In this document: one piece after another, positions 14,182-27,165 of the stretch
How positions within the stretch are numbered: the stretch's first letter is position 1
How the letters are laid out: the number at the start of each line of letters is the position of its first letter
NCBI GenBank assembly: GCA_009602725.1
Contig: WELB01000016.1
Coordinates: forward strand, 14,192 to 78,191
Length of the DNA: 64,000 bases
Direction of reading: 5' to 3'
Source of the DNA: Spirogloea muscicola
Lineage: Eukaryota
The notes under the pieces: model-generated
Told to the model about the DNA's origin: nothing
The model's input: the letters and a program-made list of their open reading frames with translations, nothing else
The model's database searches: none
Made by a program: the position numbers and the translations under genes

Positions 14182-17100
14182 TCATCCGCAGGACTCGTGC
14201 ACCAGCAACATGCGTTGAACGGAGTTGCAGATGCCACTGCATCGCCAGTCAAAAACAGCGATGCAGGGGTTGTCTTCCTGCTTACGGGTCTGGCAGTCTC
14301 CTGCAAGGCAGGCAACGTGCAAGCACACGAACGCAAAAGTGTGAGGCCGCAGCTCTGGGGAACATAGTCTTAGCAGGTCATTGACGATTGCAAGCTGGAG
14401 GGAGGAGAGTCTACTTCAAGCCAGAGTCCTGTTCCATATCATAGGCCAGTCAGCAGCAGTGACACACCAAATAGGGGCAGGGGGAAAATATGTCAGCCAC
14501 TTACCCTCGGGAGGGCTGCCACAGCAGAGTCTTCGCTCATCCACGTGCTCAACATTAAGGCCAAGCATCCAAGAGCCCAAGGATACATCTTCATTCCTGT
14601 ACTCGTGCAGCATGGGCCTGCCAAATAGGTTCCCAATTGAATGTGGGAGAAGACAGGTCCTTCTTGCATGATCATGCCAACCATTGCGCACTGCCTACCT
14701 GACTATGACAATGTGTTGACAAAAAGCATGCAGTAAAGTAAGGAAGATGTTCCCTTATATTGGTGAGAATATGTGACAACTGAATTTGCGAGTTGGCACA
14801 CTTCCAACTTGAGCCGCGAGCTTGGCATGCTCGTATTTCATCACCAATGACGTTATGATAGAAGATGCAGCTGTGGCATGCACACGTAAGTACTTACCTA
14901 TTTATTGCTACATAGTAGGCCAGAGCCTTTGAGAGGCCATAGACTTGACCAGTGGCATGCCTGAAGTAGCTGCAGTTGATGTACAGGCAAACATACAAAC
15001 GACCGTGAACATGTATACACGGACTCCGTTTCTGGAGTGATTGCAAAGGTGACCTCTGTGACAAAAAGCCCACATGTAATACACTCTACTTCTTGTCATT
15101 TGGAAGTGATGAGAGCTTAAGATACTGCCAACCTTTTTGCGTCCCCAAATTTCCACCATTCAGGCTCATGCCAGCGCTGCGTTCTGTACCAGAAGGTTCA
15201 TCGTGTTAATCATGTAAAGTTTCTGATTTCAGCTGCGCACATGGACATCATCAATGGAAAGGTCCTTGCTTGATGTATTGTCTTCATCTGATCATGTGAA
15301 AGATGCAGACCTGAGTGCTGAAAGACTGTGAATACTCACGATTCTGAGTAGACTTCTCCTGACTTCATGCAGCCAACATAAACATGAGATTTTTCTCGAT
15401 GTGTGTGTAGCATCTGAGCCATTTTGCCTGCAGAATGACAAGCTGAGCCACATTAATATATTCAAACTTGCTAACATCTTGCTAAGCTCATGCTCTCTGC
15501 AGGATACAAATAGCCCATGGGAGGAGAGCAGAGACAGGCAACAAACAGCATATGCAAGTTGATTTTAAGATCCTATAAGATGCCTATAAGATGCTTCAAT
15601 CCATCTAGTAATTGAGAGCTCATTCTCCTGCTACTGATGTTCCATGGTCAAACTTTCACAATCAAGCAATATTATGGAAATACTGACCGACATTGATGTA
15701 GACATCATCATCCACTTTGAGGTAGAAGTCGGCATCCCAATGCTTGATGACTGTCGCAAAATATATCTTCGTCTTCTTGGGAAGCTCGTCATAGCCCTCT
15801 ACATGGTCATCCTGGAACATCTCATCAAAATTGCTTCAAAGATGCTGTTGCATTTGCATGTGTAGTGATGTCTGAAGTGCTTTCATGACAGAGCGTTGCG
15901 CTTTGAGGGCCACAGTAAACCGAGTCCAATGAGAAAGGTCACCCAAGTCACCTCACCAAGACAAGAAAGTCTTTGGTTTGTCCACTCTCCTCCTCTATCT
16001 GTTTGTCGGAGCTGTCCCCCCTATTAGCACTACACTCACGAAGACATTGAAGATTCAATGAAGATATCCCCCCTGTTAGCCACTCTTTTTAAAAATCCTT
16101 AAATATCTCAAGAACAAGTAAGTAGCAGATATGTGATATCTCAATGACATGTAAGAAGCAGACTTGAAGATTAATACTTTTCACCTGTGGCTTTCAGTTT
16201 ATGAGATTCTTGCACAAGACAGCCAAGCAGAATGAGCACAACAGCATTGTAGAGGTGTGATGCCTTGTTTATTTGTCTATATCCTATCTCAAGGGTCTGC
16301 CACTGCTGTCTCACCTCCTGCCTATACAAAAACGCAGGACAACTTTATACCCAGAATCTATTTTGGATATGGCATCTGTATAGAAGGCATGCAGAGAGTA
16401 CTTGGAGTGAGCCAGTACAGCTTTGACCCAAGAACTGAGTGCAAAATTACTGGCTGCATCACATGGGTCGTCAATTAGATCCTGCTCGACCGTACACCTA
16501 GATACAATCTGCTCGGATGATATTGCCGCTCAAAAAGCAAAAGCGCCACCCAAGCAGACAGGCACACTTGACAACACTTCACTTCATGCTTACTGTCATT
16601 GTCAAGACATACCTTTACTCATCCAGGTGTGTCGAATCGAGTCTCTCCTGGCTTTCTGACCAAAGCCTGTGTTGATGCCAATAACTGCTAGCAGCTTAGT
16701 ACTGCCTGACGCTGTACTATTTATAGTGACATCTGAAACATAGCCCTTCATTCTTGCTGCTGCCAGGTCCATTTCCAGTATGGAGATCTGCTTTGCCTGC
16801 TCTCTGCAGAACACATTTAAGGACGATTAGACCTTTCAAAGTATCACACTCATCTGCTGTTTGTGACATGACAAGAGTAGCAGCCTACAACCATCAAGGA
16901 GACCATGCCGACGAGGTTGTGGGCTTCCTTCATGGGCTTACTTGCTACCTCATCTACGAAGCATATAGAGTCGAGATGAAAGGTTAGCCGCATCATATTA
17001 CCTTAGATTAAGCAGCTTAAGGCTGTCCTCAGTTGACAACGCTCCTCCAGACTGTTGGGTTATCAGGGAAGGCAGTCACTATCTGATACTTCCAACATGT

Positions 17101-17661
17101 ATCGTACTTAGTGCTAGTGCCCCCTGGCAGTCAGAGCAACACAGGCACTTTGCCTATCATCCACATCCCTTGATTGAGCAGCAAAACCTACGGGTGGTTG
17201 CTGCACCACGGTTCTGTGGGCCTACGACTCACCGATGCTCGTCTCTGAGCTAGTGTGACAAGATCCTGGCGGATCTTGGCATCCTGCCATAACCTGTGAG
17301 ATTACCACAGGTAAGCATTACAATTGCGCATAGATTCATCTGGTGGCAGCTGAGAAGCTGGATACATTTTCCCGAAAAGCTGCAGCCTGCAGCTTGGTCA
17401 TGTGCACCTCAAATGCAGTTGCATGGGACCCTGCTCTTGTCATTCTTTACCATCGACGCCCCTACAGAAGCACATGCACCCTGCGCTCTCGTTCTCAGGA
17501 CGTGCGCTAGCAACCATTGTCAGCTCCAAGAGTACGCGGCGGTGGTAAAGCGAAGCGTGAATCACCGACCGGCCAGCCGTGTAGACGCAAGCCAGGCTGG
17601 AGAGCATGAGCATGATGATGCCGGAGCTCCTGCCGCGCAGCACGGGCCCCCGGTTCCTCAT
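14182..17661 (-). CDS. beta-1,3-galactosyltransferase (GT31, DUF4094 + Galactosyl_T), paralog 1
   Basis: N-terminal transmembrane anchor ([17 protein letters not shown]), then [17 protein letters not shown]...[55 protein letters not shown] and FDWRCSGIC...HESCG*. Confidence 0.92.
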
Positions 17662-18084
17662 TGCCGGGTTGACGCCCGGTCCGCATGGGCTACCGCTCAC
17701 GGCCTGGCCGTGGAGCAGGCCGCCTGCGGCCGCACTCTGAGCTGCGATTTCGTCGCTCTGTGGCTTGGCGCACAGCGCAGGCGCGTCTGGAGTCCCATGC
17801 ACGCCGTGAATCTCCCCGGGCTGCGGCGAGCAGCCAGGGGGAGACCCCCCTGTGAGGCCCGAGGGTCCGCCGCTGCACAGGCCGATGGCGGCAATGGAAA
17901 GGAGGGTCCGCCGTCCGCCCGCCAATCGGAATTGCAGGCCGGGCTGAAGGCCAGCGGCGGCGGCGGCGAGCGGCGGCGGCGGCGGAGCGGCGGCGGCGGC
18001 TGCGGCGCGGCCGCGGGCGGCGGTCTCGGGCGCAGTGGCCACAGACGGCTCTTCCAACGTAAGAACGGCGTATGTGTTGAGTGA

Positions 18085-18480
18085 TGGAGTGCCCGAGAGG
18101 CCGAGTACGACGGCAAGCACATTGACAGATGTACATCGCCTGCTGCTAAACTGATCCGCTCGGTAACCACGAGTCAGCACGCATGGGCCGCTAAGTGGTG
18201 CCCGAACACCGCACGGCAATCGACCAGCGCTTGTGCCACCAGCTGAAGCTCGAGACAAGCTTTCTGGTGCAAAGCATGAGCCTGAGCTCGCTGCAAACAG
18301 GCTGACACACGACGTCCCAACGTAAGGCAATGGCTGTGAGAGGCCAGCCCAAAGGAGTGTACAAGAAAGGGCTCGCCCATTGAGGATAGGGGCTGGAAAA
18401 GCCAGCCCAGAAAAGAAGGAACAAAGTACGATAAGGGGGCCAGGGGAAGCGCTAAGATAAACAAGCACCACAAGAAACAA
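18085..18480 (-). mobile_element. degenerate 3' fragments of an RLE (CRE-like) non-LTR retrotransposon
   Basis: Reads RRVSACLQRAQAHALHQKA, then after a frameshift ...VLTRGY. Nucleotide similarity to 39600-39845; 18366-18480 also matches 48985-49088 (hairpin module). Confidence 0.75.
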
Positions 18481-18767
18481 AGCAGCTACGTATTAACCCC
18501 TGCTAAGCAGCCTCAGGTCAGAGAAGCTAGGCTCCTGGAAGTGGGTTCCCTGGCCGCAACAGCCGCAGAAGGACTTGGACACGGTGTGATCCAATTTACT
18601 GTGTATAATGATATTCGTTTCGGCCAAAGGAGGCTGGCAGGGATCCCGCCGTCGCCCGTCGCAAGTCTGCGGCCCGCCGGTTCCGCCGACGCCCAGTCCT
18701 GGGACGGCGGCGCGACTCGCACGATGCCGCGGCGCTGAGCGATGGCGCCGTGGCGCGCCTGCGGCGA

Positions 18768-21632
18768 ATGGCGGCGGCGGCGGCGGCGGCGGCGGCGTCC
18801 TGCGGCCCTGGGCGACGGCGGCACCGCGTCCTCATGGTGTCCGACTTCTTCTACCCCAACTTTGGCGGCGTCGAGAACCACATCTACTACCTCTCGCAGT
18901 GCCTCCTGCAGCGCGGCCACAAGGTGAGCATGCTGCCGCGCCTGCGTGAGCCGAGCGCCGCTCTAAGCTCGACTTCCTTTGCTCCTTCGACCTTCCTGAG
19001 GTGTCCTCTTGCGCCGTCTTCGCCAGGTGGTGGTTCTCACCCACGCGTACGGCAACCGCGCCGGCGTCCGGTACATGACCAATGGCCTGAAGGTGTACTA
19101 CGTGCCGAGGCTGGCCTTCTACCTGCAGAGCACGCTGCCGACGCTCTTTGGCAGCCTGCCTATCGTCCGGGCGGTGCTGGTGCGCGAGAGGATCACACTC
19201 CTGCATGGCCACCAGGCCTTCTCTGCCCTGTGCCATGAGGCCATCCTGCACGCCCGCACCATGGGCTGCGGCGTCACCTTCACGGATCACTCGCTGTACG
19301 GCTTCTCCGACATTGGTAGCATACACATGAACAAGGTTGGTGCCATTTAGGTGCACTACCTCGCATTCAGCAGTTTCTGGCAGTGCATGAAGCTTGTTAA
19401 GCCGGATCAGCATCCTAGTGGTTTAGAAGGGAGGGGCCACATAATTCGTGCTGGCTTGGTACTTGAGAAGGTGGCTAGTGCTGGAATGAAAGCACAGAGA
19501 GCGACTGAAGCCCTTCTTGGGGCCCCAATTCATCCGGCTCTTATTATCTCCTTCCTGTAAGCCGAAGTCTCTGCAAGAGAGACCGCATGACTTTCATGAC
19601 AACCTCAGCGGACAATTCTGCTTCTTTGTGATTTTGCAGATACTGCAATTCACTATGTCAGACTGTCAGCAAGCTATCTGTGTATCTCACACCAGCAAGG
19701 AGAATACCTCACTCCGCTCTGGCATACCGCCACATAGAGTGTCGGTCATCCCCAACGCTGTAGTTACAAGCATGTTCCAACCTGATCCAGGACGACAAGA
19801 TCCTGGTGCCATCACCATTGTCATCATAAGCCGCTTGGTCTACAGGAAGGGGGCCGATTTGCTGGTTGAGGTCATACCTGAAGTGTGTCGCAGACATACA
19901 GAGGTACAACTCCAAGGTATCAGCTCAAAGCGCACGCAAATATCTTGTTGTCCTGAATTTACAGCATGTTTTGATGCTCAAATGTTTGATTGTTGACGTA
20001 GATAGCTGATTGGTGGACAACAAGTATGACGTCACTTGTCCAGAAGCCTCTGCTCGGCTGGGCTTGTACCTTTATTATTATGCACCACTGGATCGGTACC
20101 TGCTTTGAGATGTCTATGTCAATGCAACCTGCAGTCACTCTCATTTTGATAGAATCTTTGGGCTTGCAGATTCGTTTTGTGGTTGGTGGTGACGGGCCAA
20201 AACGAGTTCGTCTAGAGGAGATGAGAGAGAAGCATGCTTTACAGGAGAAGGTGGAAATGCTGGGAGCGGTCCCTCACAAAGATGTGCAGGGTGTGCTCAC
20301 ACGCGGCCAGATCTTTCTGAACAGGTGACCTTGGCGTCCATAAGCTCAAACATCTGTGAGACTATGGCCTTATTGACCAGCACATACCAGTACATTGATT
20401 CTAAAGTGAATTGAGTCTTTATTGCAGCTCTTTGACTGAGGCATTCTGCATAGCTCTCCTTGAGGCAGCAAGCTGCGGCCTCCTCTGCGTCAGCACACGA
20501 GTAGGTGGTGTCCCAGAGGTGAGTTGCACAGCTTCTGCATGCTCACATGGAAATGGTCATTCAACTTGGCATGTCCATGTTTCCGAAGGATCTACAATCC
20601 GGACACAGATTGCTCTTGCCAGCTTAGTCTGATGTGCACTGAGCATCATTGATTTACGACAGGTATTGCCACCAGATATGCTTGTCTTGGCGGAGCCAGC
20701 TCCTGCTGACATTGTGCATGCAATTGAACACGCAATTGAGCTTTTACCAACCATAGACCCGTGCGCGATGCACAGACGAGTATGATAACTTCTGACTTCC
20801 GCTTCTGTCAAGCTTATCTAAAAGCATCTGTGGTTCTTAACACACAGACTGTATGAAGTCTTTCAAGTTGTAAGCACTCTCTTGCAAGAGTATAATAGTC
20901 ACATTCTAACTGAACATCGGCATGTACAAAGATCAGCTGCTTTTCGTATTAGCATCGATCATGCTTGTTTGACCATATCTTGTCATTCTTTTTGGCAGGT
21001 AACAGAGATGTACAGCTGGCAAGACATTGCTGAGAGGACAGAGCTTGTGTACGATCGCATAGCCACTGCACCCTCTGACAATCTCTTGACGCGCTTGTCA
21101 AGGTGACTGAAGAGATTTTGATCTGGTTTGCTTGGGGTGATAATGATACCTGTTCTAGAGATCCTCAAGGATGTCCTACAAGGTGGAGAGTGTTGAGTGT
21201 GTCATACTGTGATATGCTGCGACAGAATCCAAGTCGATTAGCTTGTCTCATACCTGATGAGTATTTCCGTGATAATCAGGTTCTACGCATGCGGACCTTG
21301 GGCTGGGAAGCTCTTCTGCCTGGTGGTCACGATCAATCACCTTCTATGGCATTTCTTGGAATGGTGGCAGGTACATCAGCAAGGAGCCTGCACTTGTCAG
21401 AATTCTTGTGCAGCTGGAGTTGATGGTTCACTAATTTGTCATGCTTTTTGGAATCAGTCTATGTCTCATTGTATGCTAGGTACGCATGGTAACCAGGGGT
21501 GTCTGTGTCGCACACCCTTATCGGAATCATCTTCTTGGTCAAGCTTAAGATGCTCGTAGCGGCTGACAGGCTCTGCGTTTTCGCCTGCAGCCTGCTCATT
21601 TGATGGACATCTGTCCAGACTTCCCGCAATGA
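18768..21632 (+). CDS. PIGA: phosphatidylinositol N-acetylglucosaminyltransferase subunit A (GPI anchor biosynthesis; SETH2/GPI3 orthologue)
   Basis: [86 protein letters not shown]; last exon [13 protein letters not shown]. Confidence 0.96.
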
Positions 21633-22371
21633 CCTGTGGAGGAGCATGAGGCACGATAGCTAAATTGGACCGTCTGGGTTTCTGCCATGGCAGCTCGCCA
21701 GCAGCATGATCTATGCAGGATTGCACCCGGCAGCATGCAGGCGTTGCTGCAAATGGTCTGGAGGGTCTTCATTATGTCTGTGCGCTATGGTCGTGGGAGG
21801 CTAGAAGACTGCCGCGGGAAGAAGATGCTCATCAAAGTTCACACAAGCAGAATGAAGCAGCTGATGCTTCCTTATGGGGTGCATGCCCCCCCACAACGTC
21901 GAGGCCCGGGGGGGGCGCGAATCGGCCCCTCGTCCGCAGTAAGCCGGTAGAATGGGGCTCTCAATGGGCGCAGCGCTCCTCCGGCAGCTAGCTACGCGAG
22001 CTTCCCCGCCGCCAGGGGGTCCCCCCAGTCGGCCGCCGGCCCAGCCTGCCGCACGGCGGGGAGGGAAGAAAAGGCCCAAGCCGAGCCAATACACCAGTTC
22101 CAAGGAATGCGAATTATGCGGCTACACAAAGCGAAGCTCGGCAGGCAGAGAAGGGGCGCGCGCGCGGTGCGAATGGAATGATGAGGGTGGCCAATGTAAG
22201 CCGCTTCTTCTTTGAATATAAGCCGATACACCGTTCAGGCAAAAGCTAGCGCTAGGCAGGGTTAGCCGCGCCGCCGGCCGGCGACGCTCCGCCTCCCCCG
22301 GGCCGCTGACGTTCGCCGCCCGCTTCTCCGCTTCCCGCTACGGGCAGCAGAGCGAGCAGCCTGGCTTCAAT

Positions 22372-22429
22372 GTCGCCGGGTCCCTCGCTCAAGTCTTCCG
22401 GTCGCCGGGTCCCTCGCTCAAGACTTCTT
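22372..22429 (+). repeat. 29-bp tandem duplication
   Basis: GTCGCCGGGTCCCTCGCTCAAG(T/A)CTTC occurs twice, head to tail. Confidence 0.85.
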
Positions 22430-22439
22430 CTTCTAGTCT

Positions 22440-22960
22440 TCCGGACCTTGTCAGATCAACCTTTGGGCTGGCCTCTCACAGCCCTTGCCCCCATTGGGAG
22501 AGCCACTTCTCTCACAGCCCTTGCCCCCATTTAGGTACCTCCATCATTTGGCCCCTTTGAACCTTTGTCAATTCTTTTTCGGGCTGGCTTTTCACAGCCC
22601 TTGCCCCCATTGGGAGTGCCACTTTCTTCTCACAGTCACCAGTCAATCTGGCCGCGCCTTCTTTCCGGATGCGCTTGGCCATCTCCTTGCAGCAGTCCCT
22701 TGCCTTCGCGGTTCACTTGCGCGCAGGCTGCGCTTTGGCGGTGGCCTCCGGCTTCCGTCAGGGCGATGTCTATCCGCCTGCTAGCTATTTCGATTTGCCT
22801 CTACTGACTAGAGGTTACTGAGAGTCCCCTTGCTGCCGTCTTAGCACTTAGTACCTTGCTATCTGCGCCATCCGGCTCCTTCAGACCTTGTCCATTCCAC
22901 TTTTGGCTGGCCTTTCCCAGCCACCAGTCAATTTGTGCTTGTTCTTAATCAATTGGGCCG
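22440..22960 (+). mobile_element. stacked 3' fragments of an RLE non-LTR retrotransposon plus hairpin modules
   Basis: 22663-22821 reads FRMRLAISLQQSLAFAVHLRAGCALAVASGFRQGDVYPPASYFDLPLLTRGY*. Hairpin modules at 22465-22506, 22581-22622 and ~22905-22925; 22540-22630 matches the reverse complement of 49418-49508. Confidence 0.75.
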
Positions 22961-23431
22961 CGCTTTCTTTCTCTTTCTCCGCTTCGCAACAAGGGGTCCT
23001 CGAGTGGCTATCCGCCTTGGCCACGTGGTGTGCCCCAAACTGGCCTCTGCCATCGTCAGCGCCGACGGCCCGCTCGCCGTCGTCAGCAGCCGCCTCCGTC
23101 GCCAGTCTACCGGGCGGTTGCCCGCGCCCCGCCCTCCCCCGCTCATCACCCCCCCCCCCACACCCGCGGTATGCACTTTCCCAGCCGCTCTTTCGTTATC
23201 AGCAGCCGCCTTCTCCTTCACCACCAAAAGCGCCGTCGGTCCGCTAAGGTCGTTCTCTCGTTCAACCTTTGCGGGCCACNCTGCAGGCCTGGCTCCGCCG
23301 GCGCGGGGGAGGCCGGCGCCGGCCCGGCGCGGCGCCCGCCGCATGAGACGCACTCCCGGCTCGGGCGCCATGTACGATCCCGAGGCGTGGCGGCAGCTGA
23401 GGCGGTAGACGGCGTGCGGGTGGGAAGAGGG

Positions 23432-26400
23432 ATGCCGGCCCGGAGCAAGGGAGCGGCGCGATCCATCGGCAAAGTAGCCATCTGGCTGGCCACCGTCTTC
23501 GGCGCCACCTACGTCTGCGGGAGGTGCGGCTCGTTTGCCAGGCCCACATTCCCGCCGAGCTCCACCCCAGGGATGGCTTCACCGAGGTCAAGCAGGCTCG
23601 GGTCCATCGAGCGGGTCTTGAGCAATGAGCTTGCAGCAAGCTGAGGGGGCTCCAATGGGTGCTCTCCAACGAAAGCCTGAACGCAGCGGAGCTAGAGAGT
23701 GAGGATGAGAATCAGAAGGGTTTGGCAAACAGCTTGCAACCGTCTGGCAACCGTTTGAGGAGCCAGTATGATGCTGGACCACAGCAGGGTTCCTTTCCTT
23801 CTAAGGAGATCTGCAGTGTGCAAGGCTTCAACATCCGATGATAGACTCGACAAGTCTCAGTCGCTTTCTGTGCTGCTGACACTGGCCTACTGCTGACTCT
23901 TCCAAGACTCCACAGACTCCATTGTTCCTGGTCTGGGCCTGGCTTACACTGACCACTTCATCAAACAATAAACTTCTCTGCTCCCAGAGGCTAGACAATG
24001 CTTGGAGGGAGAAGTCTGCACAAGCCATAGTTGGGTGACAATGCTGCAGTCCATTGGCACTCCTGACCGGACTGCGTCTGAAGGTGCAGGATCTGGCACA
24101 GCACAAACCTACAGCCACGTGCCAAGAGCGACTTTGAAGGGCTTGTGGACCACCCTATGAGATCGATCTCCCTCAGAGCAATTCAGGAGCCAGCTGAAAG
24201 GAGATTAGTACGTGTTTTGGCCCTGACTTGCTGCCTGTAGATAAATGGCAATCATCAACTTGGTTAATGTATGCAAGGCTCCTGCAACTCTCAGGTACAG
24301 GGCGAGCTTTATGATTGAGCTGCCTCCTGCTCTGTGCATGGACACAGACACCTTCACATCGAGAACGTAATATACTTGAGGAGGTTACAGCCACCCACCA
24401 AGCCATCAGGTTAGGCTTCGGCACCGAAGGTTCTAATCAATGCCAAAGATGGTGACATGCCTTAGGCAGCGAGCATCTGCACACCTTACATCTACTCGTT
24501 GGCGGTTGTCCAGTCATTCAGTGATCCACGCTGCTCATAGTTCCTTGGAAGAGAGAAGAGAAGGATTGGTCCTGTGGATGACTTGTCAGAGCTTCTCAGG
24601 TTCTTGGCAAGCTTGATCCATCAAACCTGACAGGGCACTTGACAAGAGCATATCATCCCTGGAAATGGAACTTGCGGCTGCTCGTGCGGCTGGGACCAAG
24701 GACGGCACACCCAACAATGCTTTTCTGGGAGGGGCCAGCTTGGGCGGCTCATCAGAGCCTCGACCGAAAGTCCTTGCAGTGATTGGTGTCAACACAGCTT
24801 TTAGTAGCCGGAAGCGACGAGACTCCCTCCGAGAAACCTGGGTGCCAAGAGGTGAGAGGCACTGTTTTGAAGGTGAACCGACCTGTCTTGACTTGCATTT
24901 GAGTAGGCAATGTGGCGGCTTGTTTGAGAGTGTGCAATCTGTTCTCGGGGAGCAATAAAAGAGGTGAGGTTCCCATTGTGCTGGGCATGAAGTGCAGGGG
25001 CATGCATGCTCATTGCTGCTTAGGCTCTCCTTGTGATCCACCATAATGATCTCATCAGGAGAAAGACTGTCGAAGCTGGAGAAGGAGAAGGGCATGGTGG
25101 TTCGATTCGTCATCGGCCACAGGTGTGAGCGCAGCCTGCTCTCTAGCAATGAAGGCCAACTGCTGCAGCTTGTGGTATGTGTGTGAGGTAGAATGCTTTT
25201 GTGTAATTTGATAGCTGCAGCTCTGACTGCTGGCAACCACTATCCAGATTCTCCGCTTCTGATTGCTGACAAGCTTCTCTCTCACAATCTGCAGTGCGAC
25301 ACCTGGCGGCGTGTATGATCAAGCAATTGACGATGAGGATGCAGAGTATCACGACTTTTTGAGAGTGGTATACACTTAGGCCAGATGCTGCTGAATTGCA
25401 CGTTGTAGCAGTTATTTTATGGCACTGCAGCTTCATATACTCATGCCATGCTCTGCTATCCCAGCATTGCTCTGTTTCTGCAGTGCCTTGCATTGGTCGC
25501 CAGCTCGCTCGGTCGACTATGTGCGCAAAATATCTTGTCCGTGATTGACAACGAAACACGTTTGTAGGTCCACGAGGAGAAGTACCTCACACTATCAGCC
25601 AAGACAAAGATATATTTTGCTACAGCTGTCCTCAAGTGGGAGGCTGATTTTTACATTAAGGTCGATGATGATGTGCACGTTAATCTCGGTGAGTATTGCT
25701 TAGATTGTCTTCTAGCACACTTGGACCCTGGACCCGACCCTGTAAATGGTGACTGATAGCACTGTATCATTTGACCAAGAAAAACTAGGTCCTGTTGCAC
25801 CTTGCCTTAGCATCAACGCATGAGGTCCTTGACTTGGCAATGAGCTACCGCTGCAGAGCTTCTACGCTTCTTCTAGTCACATAAGTACATATAGCATCCT
25901 GTCACCACCATTGGTCATGGGCTGTGTGCACAATGCGTCTCATGACAGGCATCCTGGGCTCTACACTTGTCAAGCATCGAGCAAAGCCACGTGTGTACCT
26001 GGGCTGTATGAAGTCAGGACCTGTTCTGGCTCAGAAGTGAGGCAATCAACACCTATCTAGCTTGATAATGCGTTTCAGAGCAACTGGCTGTACTTTTGCT
26101 TATGTGTTGCTTTGCAATGTATATCTCTCATTATGACAAAATACTTTACTACCTCATATTTAGATGGCATGTGATGTGATGATCTGGACCTGCAGAGGAG
26201 TGAAGTATGCTGAGCCTGAGTACTGGAAATTTGGAGAGGAAGGAAACAAGTAAGTACGTACTGCGCACATCGCAGACATCATTGACTTACAGAGTGAGAT
26301 TTTCTTCTATGTCTGCAACAGCCCTTTCTCAAGATGGTGGCATGATTTGTTCCAGGTATTTTCGTCATGCTACTGGACAAATCTATGCAATATCGAAGGA

Positions 26401-27165
26401 CCTTGCGACGTATATTTCCATCAATCAGTGAGTTGACTTGCCCCGTTCATCCGTCCAAATACAGGCTTGGTTTGCCTCAAGAGTAGCTTAATCAATTGTA
26501 GCCAAGGACGTTTTATCCTCTCTTTGAGCTGTATCATTGATTCACCTCCTCCTTCTCTGCTGCAACATTGGCTCAGGTGCAATCTACTCATTTTTCAGTG
26601 TGTCCCCTTGTGCACCAAGCGTGGTCCGCAGCAATCATGGTCCTCTTAGGAGTTCGCTCTTGATCTCAAAACATTTTGTGTGATTGTTCACTACGATTGT
26701 GCAGGGCCATCTTGCACACATACACCAATGAGGATGTCTCGCTCGGATCATGGCTGATTGGTCTTGATGTGGACCACGTGGATGACCGAGCCATGTGCTG
26801 CGGCACCCCCCCTGGTACAACACCTTGACTTACCTATCTACTATTGTAATAGTATGCAAAGTTGCACAAGTATCTTGCCTCTACAAGCTACTCGCACGTG
26901 ATAGGGGCATGCATGCTTTAAATATGCCTTTGTGAAGGCATCTGCTTGCGCTTATGTCTGGTTAGTGAAGAGCCATTTCAAGAAGACCTCACAAGCACTG
27001 TGTGAGTTTTCAACAGATTGTGAGTGGAAGGCGCAAGCAGGAAACATGTGTCTTGCCTCCTTCGATTGGCCTTGCAGTGGTGTGTGCAAGTCTGTGGAGC
27101 GCATGAAGGAGGTGCACACCCGATGCGGTGAGGGCAGTGACGCGCTGTGGGCAACAGCGTTCTGA
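23432..27165 (+). CDS. beta-1,3-galactosyltransferase (GT31, DUF4094 + Galactosyl_T), paralog 2
   Basis: MPARSKG...[96 protein letters not shown] and FDWPCSGVC...LWATAF*. Confidence 0.94.

Noticed and set aside
18090..18176. Apparent shared TGA followed by a 'conserved peptide' (L.VTER.SLAAGDVHL..CLPSY) here and at 39600-39709, suggesting readthrough
   Set aside because: It is an off-frame reading. The true frame, shared with the 22.8 kb and 48.4 kb copies, is ...LTRGY*. Each copy has its own upstream frameshift, and the downstream similarity is 3'UTR.
18369..18408. Hairpin module as a hammerhead or HDV-like ribozyme
   Set aside because: No CUGANGA/GAAA core, and I could not fit an HDV nested double pseudoknot by eye. 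Its position is 3' rather than 5' of the ORF.
17296..18480. Long GC-rich ORFs (262 and 346 aa), and similar ones at 35270-37227, 38400-39191 and 55511-56434
   Set aside because: Stop-poor GC-rich and (CCG)n sequence spanning UTRs, introns or antisense to real genes; low-complexity translations.
21940..21970. AGAATGGGGCTCTCA resembling RNase MRP conserved region V
   Set aside because: No upstream GAAAGTCCCC-type CR-I partner was found to form P4.
22465..22640. Spaced repeats with hairpins that could suggest a CRISPR-like array
   Set aside because: Eukaryotic context, irregular spacing, diverged copies and no cas genes; explained by retroelement 3'UTR fragments.
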